From IMG/VR virus record IMGVR_UViG_3300020248_000002: a DNA stretch of 64,000 nucleotides. One strand, given 5' to 3'. Positions 1-10,128 of the stretch are shown piece after piece; positions within the stretch are counted from its first letter, which is position 1; each line of letters starts with the position of its first letter. Made by a program: the position numbers and the translations under genes. The DNA comes from a virus. The notes under the pieces were generated by a model. That model was not told the origin of the DNA and searched no databases. It saw only the letters and a list, made by a program, of their open reading frames with translations.

Positions 1-2
1 CC

Positions 3-1100
3 ATACTTTCTGGTTCATACATTGTCATTGGTAATGAAATTTTGCAAGCAACTAACGTTTCTGGTAATGACGTTACAGTTGTTCGTGGACAAATGGGAAC
101 CACTGCTGCTAACCATAACGACGGTGTAACAGTAACTCCATTAACAGCAGCGGGTTCAGCAGGTTTCTATATCTTTGTTACAGGTGAGACATTAACAGGT
201 GGTACATCAAACGCAACTACTGTTGTTCAAGATACTATTACAGTTGATAAAACATTTACAGCGGGATTTATCTGGTCAGTAACATCAGGACAAGAGGTTG
301 TTCCTGAGACCACATTCTCACTAAACATTGATCAAACATATAGATTTGATATTTCTGACTCAACTAACACAGGTTTACCTTTCAGATTCTCTGACGTTAA
401 TGAGGGTACAAACGCTACTCCAACCCCAGGAACTGAATTTACAACTGGTGTTACAAAGGTTGGTACAGCAGGTTCTGGTGGTACTGCATACATTGAAATT
501 GCAATTTCTGCTACTACTCCTGATCCTATATTTTATTATGCTGAAGGACAGGCAGGATACTCTGGATCTATTGATGTAAACCCAGATCCTACTTTTTCAG
601 AAGTATTTGTATATGATGTAGTTGGAACTCCTGTGACTGGTAATACATTTACAGTTGGTACTGCATCACAGACTGTTGGTGTTGTAACAGCAGGTGCCTT
701 CGGATATGTAACTTCTTGGGATACAACTACAAGTAAGTTAAAAGTATTTGTTGATAATGATTCACCTGCTGCATTTGCGAGTTCTGATACATTCCCAGAT
801 ACACCTCCTGGTCAAGGACCTACAAGAGCAGTAGCAACAGTAAGTAGTGTAACTGCTGCAACTGATGTAGAAACTGGAGATTATCTTTACTATGATACTG
901 CTATTGGTGCTAACGCAACAGCAGAACATAAAGGTCTAATTATAGGACCTGGATCACATTTAATTGTATATGCTTCAAGTGCAGATATGAGTGCACAAGT
1001 GAATGGATTTGTTAACACAGTAAGTGATTACAGCATCGTAGATTACGTTCCTCCCGCAGGTGGAATTGGTGGTGGCGGTGGCGGTGGTGCTGCACCCTAA
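3..1100 (+). CDS. Virion structural/tail-fibre-associated protein, 5'-partial
   Basis: Frame is open from position 3 (ILSGSYIVIGNEILQATNV...); Thr/Gly-rich beta content; cupredoxin-like module without Cu ligands (TYRFDISDSTNTGLPFRFS...IFYYAEGQAG). Confidence 0.7.
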   Translation: MLSGSYIVIGNEILQATNVSGNDVTVVRGQMGTTAANHNDGVTVTPLTAAGSAGFYIFVTGETLTGGTSNATTVVQDTITVDKTFTAGFIWSVTSGQEVVPETTFSLNIDQTYRFDISDSTNTGLPFRFSDVNEGTNATPTPGTEFTTGVTKVGTAGSGGTAYIEIAISATTPDPIFYYAEGQAGYSGSIDVNPDPTFSEVFVYDVVGTPVTGNTFTVGTASQTVGVVTAGAFGYVTSWDTTTSKLKVFVDNDSPAAFASSDTFPDTPPGQGPTRAVATVSSVTAATDVETGDYLYYDTAIGANATAEHKGLIIGPGSHLIVYASSADMSAQVNGFVNTVSDYSIVDYVPPAGGIGGGGGGGAAP

Positions 1101-1107
1101 CTAAATA
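1101..1107 (+). promoter_or_regulatory. T4-type late promoter-like motif CTAAATA
   Basis: Resembles TATAAATA; lies 20 nt before the 1128 ATG. Confidence 0.5.
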
Positions 1108-1127
1108 TAAACAGAAGGAAATCCTAG

Positions 1128-4100
1128 ATGGCATTAACTCGTCTTAAAAATATCATCACGTCGAGGACTGGTCGTATTATATACGTCAACCCTGACGACT
1201 TCGATGCGTCGGATGCGTATGACAACCGAGGTAACTCTGCGTTACGACCTTTTAAGACGTTGCAACGTGCCTTTTTAGAAGTAGCAAGATTTTCATATAG
1301 AGTTGGTTTAAGTAATGACGAATTTGACGCATTTAGTATCTACCTATATCCCTCAGAGTATGTTATAGACAACAGACCTGGGGTTGCTACGTTTGGAGAG
1401 ATCACTCCATTTGATGAAAACTCTAACTTTGACTTAACTTCCTCAAATAATATCTTATATAAATTTAACTCTGTTAACGGTGGAGTTATATGCCCAAGAG
1501 GTGTTTCTGTTGTTGGATCTGACTTAAGACGTACAAAAATTGTACCTAAGTATGTACCATATCCCACAACACAAGCATCATTAGGTATCTCCTCTGCTAA
1601 CGAACCGTCTACGTCTGCTATATTCAGACTGACTGGTGGATGTTATTTCTGGCAGATGTCATTCTTTGATGGAGATAACAACGGTGTATATTATAGACCA
1701 GAACTTACTGACACTATTGCACCTAACTTCTCACATCATAAGATAACTTGTTTTGAGTATGCAAACACTACAGACCTAGATCTTTACTACCAAAAGATTT
1801 CTAAGGCATATGCAACAATTCCTGATACTTCTGGTAACATTGCACAAGACCAGATACAGGCAAGAGTAGAAGAAAATAGAATAGTTGGACCTATCTCAGA
1901 TGAATTCAGAGTCTCACAAATTATCAGAAACGGACAAACAGCGACTGCGTTTACTGTTGACATTCAAGATAATCCTGTTAATCACGGTTTCTCTGTCGGG
2001 GTCGCGGTCAATATCTCAGGGGTCACGGGTCCTACTGAAGCAGATGCGAATTTATATAACGGATCCTTCCTTGTAACGTCAGCACAGGGCAACCAGTTTA
2101 CATATCAGATGAGTTCTGAACCAACTGGTAACGCTATTGGTTCTAACGTACTGGTTAAAGTTGAGATTGATACTGTTGACTCTGCATCACCATATGTATT
2201 CAACTGTTCACTAAGATCAGTTTGGGGAATCAACGGTATGCACGCTGATGGTTCACAGGCAACTGGTTTCAAATCTATGGTTGTTGCCCAGTTTACGGGT
2301 ATTTCACTACAAAAAGACGACCGTGCTTTTGTTAAATACAACGCTTCAACAGGTAACTATGAAGCACAAGCAGCGGGTTCAGGTGCACATATTGATGGTC
2401 TAGCAAAGTATAGAAAGGGTTGGCGACACGTTCACATTAGAGCAAGTAATGACTCATTCATACAGGTGGTTTCTGTTTTCGCTGTTGGTTTCGGTGATCA
2501 CTTCTTCTCAGATAGCGGTGGTGACTTATCAATTACTAACTCTAACAGTAACTTCGGTAACACATCTTTAAGATCAAAAGGATTTAAGTCAGCAGCGTTT
2601 ACAAAAGATAAAGCAGGACAGATAACACACGTTATACCTCCTAAAGATTTGTCTGACGTTGCAGAAGTATCAATTAACTGGGTTACATTAGATATTGCTA
2701 AGATAAAAGCAGCAGCAGACCCAACAAAATTATATTTGTATGGTTATACCAATCAAAATGCAAAACCACCCTCAAAAATACAGGGTTACACAGTAGGTGC
2801 AAGAAAAGACTCACCTACATTACCAGATAAAGTTAACGTATTGTTGATAGCAGCGGGAGCAAGTGCACCTACAACACATAGTGCAAAGATTGATCCTTCT
2901 GGACCAGAAGTTACAGGTACATCCCCAGGTGATGATGCAAACCCAATTAAATATGATACCAACCAATCTAACTGGTACATACAGGTTGACTCATCAAACA
3001 ACGACATTTATACTACACTAATTGCAAACAGTCAGTACAATAACTTAGGATTTACACCTACTACATTCATCCGAAGAGTTCCCGATGCAAGAGACTTGAA
3101 AGATAGAATCTATAGATTTAGATATGTACTAGACAAAGATGCGTTCCCAGTTCCTAGAACTCCTATTACTGGTTTTGTTATACAACCTAGATCATCTGAG
3201 ACTAACTCTCCTGCATATGATAAGACATATTATATCTTTGAAGTTGAGACATTCCAAGAGTTTGAACGTGGTGTAAATGATGGTATCTACTATCTAACAT
3301 TGCTTAATGCTAGTGTGTCACCTGCAACATCAAACTTTGATGACTTCTCATTCTCACAACAGACTGTTGATGTATATCCTACGTTTGACAGAGATAATCC
3401 ACTCGCAGACCCAGGACCTGCTATATCAGTCGCAGATAACGAGACACTAGGATTGGTGACAACAACAGATGGTGCATCACCTAATCCAAATGAGGATAAG
3501 CAACTATCAATTACAAAAGAGACTGCACAGTTCTTCTTATTAGAACAGGAAAATAACTTAGGATATAACACTACAGCAAATACACTAAACGCTATTGTCG
3601 TTACATCCCGTCTAGGAGATGAAGAAGAAAGAAAGATCGCACTGAAATTAAATGCTGATAACTCAGTCGCACCTATATTATGTGAACTTAGACGTTATTC
3701 TATTCTTAGAGCGTCAGGTCATACGTTTGAATACCTAGGTTTCGGACCTGGAAACTATTCAACAGCGTTCCCGTCAACTCAGGTAGAAGTTTTAACCCCT
3801 GCACAGGTTAGACTGTCACAGTCATTGAAAGAAGCAGCGGGTGTTGCATACTACTCTGGTGTTAACAGTGATGGTGAACTATTCGTTGGAAACCAAGTTA
3901 TCAACCCAGTTACAGGTCAGATCACGAACGAAGATATTGCACAGTTAAACGTGTTAGGTGAAGAAAACACGACCATTCAGACATTCTCTGAGGTTGTTCT
4001 GACTGATAAACTAACTGTTATTGGTGGTGCATCTAACCAGTTAGAATCTGTATTCTCAGGTCCAGTTACATTCCAAAAGAGAATTACTGCACAGGAGAAC

Positions 4101-4703
4101 ATACAAACTCTAAGACTTACATACTCAAATGATGATGGTACAGTTCTTAGACAGACATTCTTAGCAGAGGATGATGGATCAGGTCAACCAGATATTGATT
4201 CAACACTTGCGTTTAATGATGGAGATATTATATACAATATTGATTGGGTGGCAGGTGACTCATTAGGTTGGATGTATCAGTCAGGAGTTTGGTATCAGTT
4301 TGGTATGACTGACACCACGCCAATAAAAGCAAGAAGATTTAGTAACGTTACACATTATGGTATAGGTACAATGCCTGACGCATCCAATAGGATGAAGATA
4401 TTAGGTAATACATTCCTTGATGGTAACTTAGATGTTACTGGAACTTATGGTGCTGCTGACAAGTATAGACTAGCAACTGGTATTGCTAATAACAATAACG
4501 GTGTTACCTATGCGGGTAATGGATCTACAACTTCGTTTGCAATATCCCCAGGTCACACAGCATACTCTGTTCTTGTATTCTTAAATGGTGTTGCCCAAAT
4601 CCCAGGTGTAGACTACACAGTTACTGGTAATGCAGTTGACTTTAGTATCAGTACTGCACCACAGAATAATGATACTATCCAAATCAGGGAACTTGTTATC
4701 TAA
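1128..4703 (+). CDS. Cyanomyovirus tail-fibre-like structural protein (1191 aa)
   Basis: N-terminus MALTRLKN...YVNPDDFDASD...RPFKTLQRA typical of T4-like cyanophage fibre proteins; C-terminal VFLNGVAQIPGVDYT Ig-like module. Confidence 0.75.
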   Translation: MALTRLKNIITSRTGRIIYVNPDDFDASDAYDNRGNSALRPFKTLQRAFLEVARFSYRVGLSNDEFDAFSIYLYPSEYVIDNRPGVATFGEITPFDENSNFDLTSSNNILYKFNSVNGGVICPRGVSVVGSDLRRTKIVPKYVPYPTTQASLGISSANEPSTSAIFRLTGGCYFWQMSFFDGDNNGVYYRPELTDTIAPNFSHHKITCFEYANTTDLDLYYQKISKAYATIPDTSGNIAQDQIQARVEENRIVGPISDEFRVSQIIRNGQTATAFTVDIQDNPVNHGFSVGVAVNISGVTGPTEADANLYNGSFLVTSAQGNQFTYQMSSEPTGNAIGSNVLVKVEIDTVDSASPYVFNCSLRSVWGINGMHADGSQATGFKSMVVAQFTGISLQKDDRAFVKYNASTGNYEAQAAGSGAHIDGLAKYRKGWRHVHIRASNDSFIQVVSVFAVGFGDHFFSDSGGDLSITNSNSNFGNTSLRSKGFKSAAFTKDKAGQITHVIPPKDLSDVAEVSINWVTLDIAKIKAAADPTKLYLYGYTNQNAKPPSKIQGYTVGARKDSPTLPDKVNVLLIAAGASAPTTHSAKIDPSGPEVTGTSPGDDANPIKYDTNQSNWYIQVDSSNNDIYTTLIANSQYNNLGFTPTTFIRRVPDARDLKDRIYRFRYVLDKDAFPVPRTPITGFVIQPRSSETNSPAYDKTYYIFEVETFQEFERGVNDGIYYLTLLNASVSPATSNFDDFSFSQQTVDVYPTFDRDNPLADPGPAISVADNETLGLVTTTDGASPNPNEDKQLSITKETAQFFLLEQENNLGYNTTANTLNAIVVTSRLGDEEERKIALKLNADNSVAPILCELRRYSILRASGHTFEYLGFGPGNYSTAFPSTQVEVLTPAQVRLSQSLKEAAGVAYYSGVNSDGELFVGNQVINPVTGQITNEDIAQLNVLGEENTTIQTFSEVVLTDKLTVIGGASNQLESVFSGPVTFQKRITAQENIQTLRLTYSNDDGTVLRQTFLAEDDGSGQPDIDSTLAFNDGDIIYNIDWVAGDSLGWMYQSGVWYQFGMTDTTPIKARRFSNVTHYGIGTMPDASNRMKILGNTFLDGNLDVTGTYGAADKYRLATGIANNNNGVTYAGNGSTTSFAISPGHTAYSVLVFLNGVAQIPGVDYTVTGNAVDFSISTAPQNNDTIQIRELVI

Positions 4704-4727
4704 ATAGTAATAGGACTGTAGAACACT

Positions 4728-5582
4728 ATGACCACAAAGATTAATGGTAATCAGATACAGGCAAGTACGAGAGGTCTTGTAACTGCTTGGTCTATATCAG
4801 AACAGTTAAATCTTCCACCGTTGAACCAATCGCAGATTAATGCACTTGGTACACCTGCTTATGGTACTTTAGTTTATAATACGACTGAAGATCAGGCACA
4901 AATTTATTTGCAAGATGCCAACGCAGGAAACCCAGGTTGGGATGATGTAGGTGGTGGTGGTCCTTCTGTTGGTGAAAACTCAATTATTAGAACCAACGGA
5001 ACAAACATAGAAGAAAATATCACTGTTGGACCTTCATTCAATGGTGGAGTAGAGTTTACTAACGGTTTTTCAGCAGGTCCGATACAGATTAATAATGGAT
5101 ATACTGTAACTATTGAGAACGGTGCAACTTGGACTATGATCGGTGACGATGATTTGTCTTTCGCACAATTCCAAGATATAGAATCTGGTCACGGTACATT
5201 CACTGGGACATTATCACACGCAGGTTTACAGGAACATATTTACTACTATCAGACATCTGGTACGGTAAACCATAACTGGAACAACAGTGGTAATATTTTT
5301 GTTAGAAAGACAGGTGGTGGAAACTACACTATCAATCTATCAAATGCACCAGTTGATAACACATTGAAAGCAACCTTAATGACAGTATATACCCGTTTTG
5401 AGGGTGGTACAGGTACACCTACTGGGTGGACTGTAAATGGTTACGGTTGTAACGTATATTATAGTAATGGTAGTGGTGCAAGTGGAACTATCCAAAGAGC
5501 AGACATTTCGATTCATAACCACGAAATCCCTGGAACTGGTAATCCTTATCTCGTACTAATACACGTACACAATTATAGTTAA
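4728..5582 (+). CDS. Tail fibre/adaptor protein
   Basis: GENSIIRTN...NGFSAGPIQINNGYTVTI fibre motif; CTAAATA late motif at 4700-4706. Confidence 0.65.
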   Translation: MTTKINGNQIQASTRGLVTAWSISEQLNLPPLNQSQINALGTPAYGTLVYNTTEDQAQIYLQDANAGNPGWDDVGGGGPSVGENSIIRTNGTNIEENITVGPSFNGGVEFTNGFSAGPIQINNGYTVTIENGATWTMIGDDDLSFAQFQDIESGHGTFTGTLSHAGLQEHIYYYQTSGTVNHNWNNSGNIFVRKTGGGNYTINLSNAPVDNTLKATLMTVYTRFEGGTGTPTGWTVNGYGCNVYYSNGSGASGTIQRADISIHNHEIPGTGNPYLVLIHVHNYS

Positions 5583-5593
5583 CCGTCTTAAGG

Positions 5594-5601
5594 TATAAAT
5601 A
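5594..5601 (+). promoter_or_regulatory. T4 late promoter TATAAATA
   Basis: Exact consensus 24 nt upstream of the 5626 ATG. Confidence 0.75.
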
Positions 5602-5625
5602 ACATTAGGAAATTAAACAGGCAAA

Positions 5626-6426
5626 ATGAGTACCCTTAAAGTTGCATCTATTAGAGACCTGTCAGGCATTGGTGGATTTACACTTGCGTCAGGTAACATC
5701 ACTGCTAACGGAAATTTGACAGTTAGCAACATCACTATTAATGGAACTATGTCTGGTTCATCCAGTCAGATCGTTCCCTCTGTTAGTGGTCAAAATGGTA
5801 AGTTTTTAACTACAAACGGTTCATCTATGAGTTGGACTGATGTTAGTTCAGAAAATATCTCATCCCTACAGGTATGGACAGGTAACGGAACTTGGAATAG
5901 ACCAAGTGGTGTTAAGTATATACATATCAGAGTTCAAGGTGGTGGCGGTGGAGCGTCAGGTCACGGAGAATCAGGAGCAGCGGGTGGATATTCAGAACGT
6001 GTGTTGAATGTAGTAAATATATCTTCAGTTGGTATCACAGTTGGTGGTGGTGGAGGAGGTACTTGGTACTTCGGACACGGTGGTGATGGTGGTTCATCAT
6101 CATTTGGACCATATCTATCAGCAGGTGGTGGACACGGTGCTAATAGAAACAACCAACACTCAGGTGGACTAGGGCGTAATGGTTCTGGTGGAGACCTCAA
6201 TGTTTGGGGTGGAGGAGGACAGTCACACCACGGTGGTGGTGGAGGAGTCGGAGGTTCTTCTCACTTTGGTGGTGCTGTATCAGGAGGTTGGCCAAACGGT
6301 GGTAACTTCTCACACAATCATCAAGATCACGCAGCGTATGGTGCAGGTGGGTCAGGTGGACACTTCCATAGTTTCCGTGGTTCAAACGGTAAGTATGGTG
6401 TTGTTACTGTTATTAACTACAAATAA
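5626..6426 (+). CDS. Glycine-rich tail-fibre tip/adhesin
   Basis: MSTLKV fibre N-terminus; WTGNGTWNRPSGV...VQGGGGG followed by repeated polyglycine motifs. Confidence 0.7.
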   Translation: MSTLKVASIRDLSGIGGFTLASGNITANGNLTVSNITINGTMSGSSSQIVPSVSGQNGKFLTTNGSSMSWTDVSSENISSLQVWTGNGTWNRPSGVKYIHIRVQGGGGGASGHGESGAAGGYSERVLNVVNISSVGITVGGGGGGTWYFGHGGDGGSSSFGPYLSAGGGHGANRNNQHSGGLGRNGSGGDLNVWGGGGQSHHGGGGGVGGSSHFGGAVSGGWPNGGNFSHNHQDHAAYGAGGSGGHFHSFRGSNGKYGVVTVINYK

Positions 6427-6435
6427 GAGGTTACT

Positions 6436-6963
6436 ATGAAAAAAGCATTAATGGATTTTACTGGTTACGTTGCAGACATTGTAGAACCTGGGGAAGAATA
6501 TACACTATTCTTTGGTAGAGGTTGTTCACAGATGTGGGTAAACGCACCTGATAACATAACAAAAGCGTGGACACTAGAATGGAGTCCTGCTGCTGCTGAT
6601 ATGATCTGGGTGGAAAGAACAGAATCATATACAGACCCTGCTACTGCAAGGATTGTAGCGTATGGTGAAATCGGTGAGCAATTAGATATGCTCTACAAAG
6701 ACATTGCAGCGGGAAAAGATTTAGGTGCTGCTGATGCAATATGGTTTAACCATATTAAAGGAGTAAAGGCAGCGACTACTGCACCCTCAAGTGTAGCGGA
6801 ACCAATGGATCCCACTATGACTGAAGAGGAAGTAGCAGAATTTATGAGTGACGGACAAGAACCAAGTGTAAATAGACCTTGCAAATTATCATCACAGGAG
6901 CAACCTTGTTGGGAGAGATATTCTAACTGGGGTGGTGCATATGATGAACTGGGAGCAGGTTGA
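6436..6963 (+). CDS. Putative tail fibre assembly chaperone
   Basis: R..AYGEIGEQLDMLYKDI...WFNHIKGVK motif; directly follows the fibre gene. Confidence 0.55.
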   Translation: MKKALMDFTGYVADIVEPGEEYTLFFGRGCSQMWVNAPDNITKAWTLEWSPAAADMIWVERTESYTDPATARIVAYGEIGEQLDMLYKDIAAGKDLGAADAIWFNHIKGVKAATTAPSSVAEPMDPTMTEEEVAEFMSDGQEPSVNRPCKLSSQEQPCWERYSNWGGAYDELGAG

Positions 6964-6969
6964 CGAAAG

Positions 6970-6978
6970 TGTTATAAT
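6970..6978 (+). promoter_or_regulatory. Extended -10 sigma70-type promoter (TGTTATAAT)
   Basis: Perfect TGnTATAAT 22 nt upstream of the halogenase ATG. Confidence 0.55.
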
Positions 6979-7000
6979 TAGTAGTACAAACTACTGACAT

Positions 7001-8485
7001 ATGAAGTTAGATAGAATCTGCATTATCGGAGGTGGTAGTGCAGGGTGGATGACAGCATCTATGTTGTCAAGACATTTTGAAGGAACTGGTATAGAAATAA
7101 CTGTTGTCGAAGCAGACATTCCAAGAATCGGAATCGGAGAAAGCACGACACAGTTTTTTAATACCTTTATACGGTATCTCGATCTCAAAGATGAAGATTG
7201 GATGCCACATTGTAATGCTACATATAAACACAGTGTCAAGTTTACTAACTTCAACCCAGACGGTTCATTTCATTATCCATTCGGTACAAGAGGCACAGAT
7301 ATACCTCTGACCGAGTATTATAATTGGAGGAGAGGAAGAAATATTGACAGTATGACCTTTTGTAGGGTATTCTCAGATGTTATAGACCCTATTGAAGTCA
7401 ACCGTCTTTATCCTCCATTTTTAGAAAGATACGTGGGTTATCACGTTGACGCACTATTATTCGGAGATTTTTTAAGAGATCATTATGCAATTCCAAAAGG
7501 TGTTAAACACATTAAAGGCACGGTCACTAACATTCAATCCTGCGTGGATGGGGTTAGCAGAGTTTACCTTGGCAGTGGGGATAGGTACGTTGATGGTGAT
7601 CTCTTCATAGATTGCACTGGATTCCGTGCATTATTGATGAATGAACTTAATGTGAAATGGGAAGATTGGAGTACACTATTAAAAAATGATTCTACTTGGG
7701 CAGTAAGAAAACCATATACAGATAAGAAAAAAGAAATACAACCATACACCGAGTGTACAGGTTTGAGTTCGGGATGGGTATGGAATGTACCTACTTGGGA
7801 TAGAATCGGAACGGGATATAATTATTGTTCACAATATATTACAGATGAAGATGCACTTGCAGAGTTTAAAGAGCATCTAGGAGTAGATATACCAGAGAAT
7901 ATGTTTAGATTACTCAAGTGGCCAACAGGGATTAGAGAGAAAGTATGGTCACATAACGTAGTGAGTATTGGTTTAAGTGCAGGTTTTATAGAACCATTAG
8001 AGTCTGGAGGACTATACTCAGTCCACGAGTTCTTATTTAAACTAATACAGGTGTTACCTAAAGCATCTAATAAATGGAACGGATTTCAACGAGAACAATT
8101 TAATCACTCAGTCAGAAAGAAATTTACATCATTCAGAGATTTTGTTGTGAAACATTATACTATGGGTTATAGAGATGATACACCGTTTTGGAAAGATTAC
8201 ACAGATATGGATGCACTAGGTGAGTTTCCAGATTTACTTACACAAGATTGGGAACAAATACAAAACATCAATTACATATCAGAAGGTGAAGCATACTTGC
8301 TAGGAGGTTATGAATATGATATAATGCCAGAACATTATGAAATGTTATCCAAAAGAAATGGATATAACATACCTGATTTTGAAGAACCGATCCTAAGAAG
8401 AACCTTTATGGATCAGACTTTGGGGAGATACCCGAACGCATATGAATACTATGAAAAGTACCTATATAATGAGCAAGGGAATTAA
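7001..8485 (+). CDS. prnA: Flavin-dependent tryptophan halogenase family protein
   Basis: GGGSAG FAD motif, GIGEST, CNATYK catalytic Lys, FIDCTGF, WVWNVP, FIEPLESGG. Confidence 0.9.
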   Translation: MKLDRICIIGGGSAGWMTASMLSRHFEGTGIEITVVEADIPRIGIGESTTQFFNTFIRYLDLKDEDWMPHCNATYKHSVKFTNFNPDGSFHYPFGTRGTDIPLTEYYNWRRGRNIDSMTFCRVFSDVIDPIEVNRLYPPFLERYVGYHVDALLFGDFLRDHYAIPKGVKHIKGTVTNIQSCVDGVSRVYLGSGDRYVDGDLFIDCTGFRALLMNELNVKWEDWSTLLKNDSTWAVRKPYTDKKKEIQPYTECTGLSSGWVWNVPTWDRIGTGYNYCSQYITDEDALAEFKEHLGVDIPENMFRLLKWPTGIREKVWSHNVVSIGLSAGFIEPLESGGLYSVHEFLFKLIQVLPKASNKWNGFQREQFNHSVRKKFTSFRDFVVKHYTMGYRDDTPFWKDYTDMDALGEFPDLLTQDWEQIQNINYISEGEAYLLGGYEYDIMPEHYEMLSKRNGYNIPDFEEPILRRTFMDQTLGRYPNAYEYYEKYLYNEQGN

Positions 8486-8487
8486 TT

Positions 8488-10128
8488 ATGAAAGTTGAAA
8501 ACATTGTTATTGTGGGTGGTGGTTCATCAGGTTGGATGACTGCTGCTGCATTGTTAAAGTGCTGCCCGTGGACAAATGTAATTCTAATTGAATCAGACAA
8601 ACCTACAGTGGGTGTAGGAGAATCTACATTAGGTCATTTCAACAAGTATTTAAGAGCATTAGACTTAGAAGATAAAGACTGGATGCCTAAGTGTAATGCA
8701 ACATATAAGAATAGTATTCAGTTTACAGATTTTAGAGAGAAAGGAACAGTATTTCAATATCCATTTGGTAAATATGATTATAATGATACTGTAGAAGGTA
8801 TGAAAGATTGGTTTGATCTTGCTAGAGAAAGACCAGAAGAATATCCTCCAGAATCATTTGCAGAGTTCTTTAACAAAGAAAACTCAGCATTAGTAAAACA
8901 TAATAAACAATGGGATAATAGAGATAATAGATGGAGAAACTTTAATTGGTTAACTGACGTTGCATATCATTTAGATGCTGAAAAGTTTGCAGAGTATCTA
9001 AGGGATGATTATTGTGATAACTTTGATGATAGATTTACACATATTAGAGGTGAAGTCAGGGGATCGGTGAAAGATATAAACGCAGGTGGTTCACCCGCAG
9101 TCTCAAACAGATATATTAAACAGTTAGCAGTCAGATTAAATGAAGATAAAAGGACTGTAGGTGTTATTGGCGACTTGTTTATTGACTGTACTGGTTTTAA
9201 ATCAGTCCTATTAGAAGAGTATATGGGTACTAGGTTCATTAAATTTAATGATTTAGCAAACGATAAAGCATATTTTGCCCGCATACCATATCTCACACAA
9301 GATGAAAGAGAAAAACATATGCACAACGTGACTGACTGTCAAGCAGCGGAAAATGGTTGGTTATGGTCAATACCACTATGGAATAGGATCGGAGTTGGAT
9401 ACTGTTGGTCATCTCGATTTGCAATGGAAACAGAGACTAGACAAGAGTTTGAAACGTGGATAGAACAAAAATATGGTGTATCTCCAGAACAGTATGAGGT
9501 AGGAACTATTGATATAAAACACGGGTATCACGAAAAAGCGTGGAACTTGAATGTTGTTGCTATTGGACTGTCTTATGGATTTGTTGAACCATTAGAGTCA
9601 ACGGGACTGTTAACAACACACGAAAATATACTCAGACTGGTAGATGTATTATCAAGAAGAAGAGGATATGTAACACAAATAGAAAGAAACTGGTATAACT
9701 ACGCTGCACAGAGAGAAGTAATTGGATTTAGTAAGTTTGTTGCTATGCACTATGCTCTGTCACAAAGAACAGACAACCCTTATTGGAGGTGGTGTTCACA
9801 AAGAAACGAGTATATGACAGAGCAGTTTGATGGTTTGGTAAGAGTTAATGATAACTATGAAAGACTTGGATCATCATTAGACCTAGATCAAACTATGGAT
9901 GTGAATATGAATGGTATGAATTACATAGCAGCAGGTCAAGGAATGATGTTAGGTCGAGATTGGTATTTTGACCGTGATCCAGATGAACTTACATTTGTTG
10001 CAAACAGTCATTCAAAATACTCAAAAGAAGTCAATGACTTTGTTGAAAGTGATGACTGCCCTACACATTATGAATACTTAAGAGACTACATCTATGGAGG
10101 GGATGAATTACGTGCTGAACTTATTTAA
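8488..10128 (+). CDS. prnA: Flavin-dependent tryptophan halogenase family protein (second copy)
   Basis: GGGSSG, GVGEST, CNATYK, FIDCTGF, WLWSIP, FVEPLESTG. Confidence 0.9.
   Translation: MKVENIVIVGGGSSGWMTAAALLKCCPWTNVILIESDKPTVGVGESTLGHFNKYLRALDLEDKDWMPKCNATYKNSIQFTDFREKGTVFQYPFGKYDYNDTVEGMKDWFDLARERPEEYPPESFAEFFNKENSALVKHNKQWDNRDNRWRNFNWLTDVAYHLDAEKFAEYLRDDYCDNFDDRFTHIRGEVRGSVKDINAGGSPAVSNRYIKQLAVRLNEDKRTVGVIGDLFIDCTGFKSVLLEEYMGTRFIKFNDLANDKAYFARIPYLTQDEREKHMHNVTDCQAAENGWLWSIPLWNRIGVGYCWSSRFAMETETRQEFETWIEQKYGVSPEQYEVGTIDIKHGYHEKAWNLNVVAIGLSYGFVEPLESTGLLTTHENILRLVDVLSRRRGYVTQIERNWYNYAAQREVIGFSKFVAMHYALSQRTDNPYWRWCSQRNEYMTEQFDGLVRVNDNYERLGSSLDLDQTMDVNMNGMNYIAAGQGMMLGRDWYFDRDPDELTFVANSHSKYSKEVNDFVESDDCPTHYEYLRDYIYGGDELRAELI

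Noticed and set aside
5626-6426. Gly-rich protein as a RiPP precursor for the halogenases
   Set aside because: It has a fibre-type N-terminus, a late promoter and a chaperone neighbour; no leader peptide, protease or exporter
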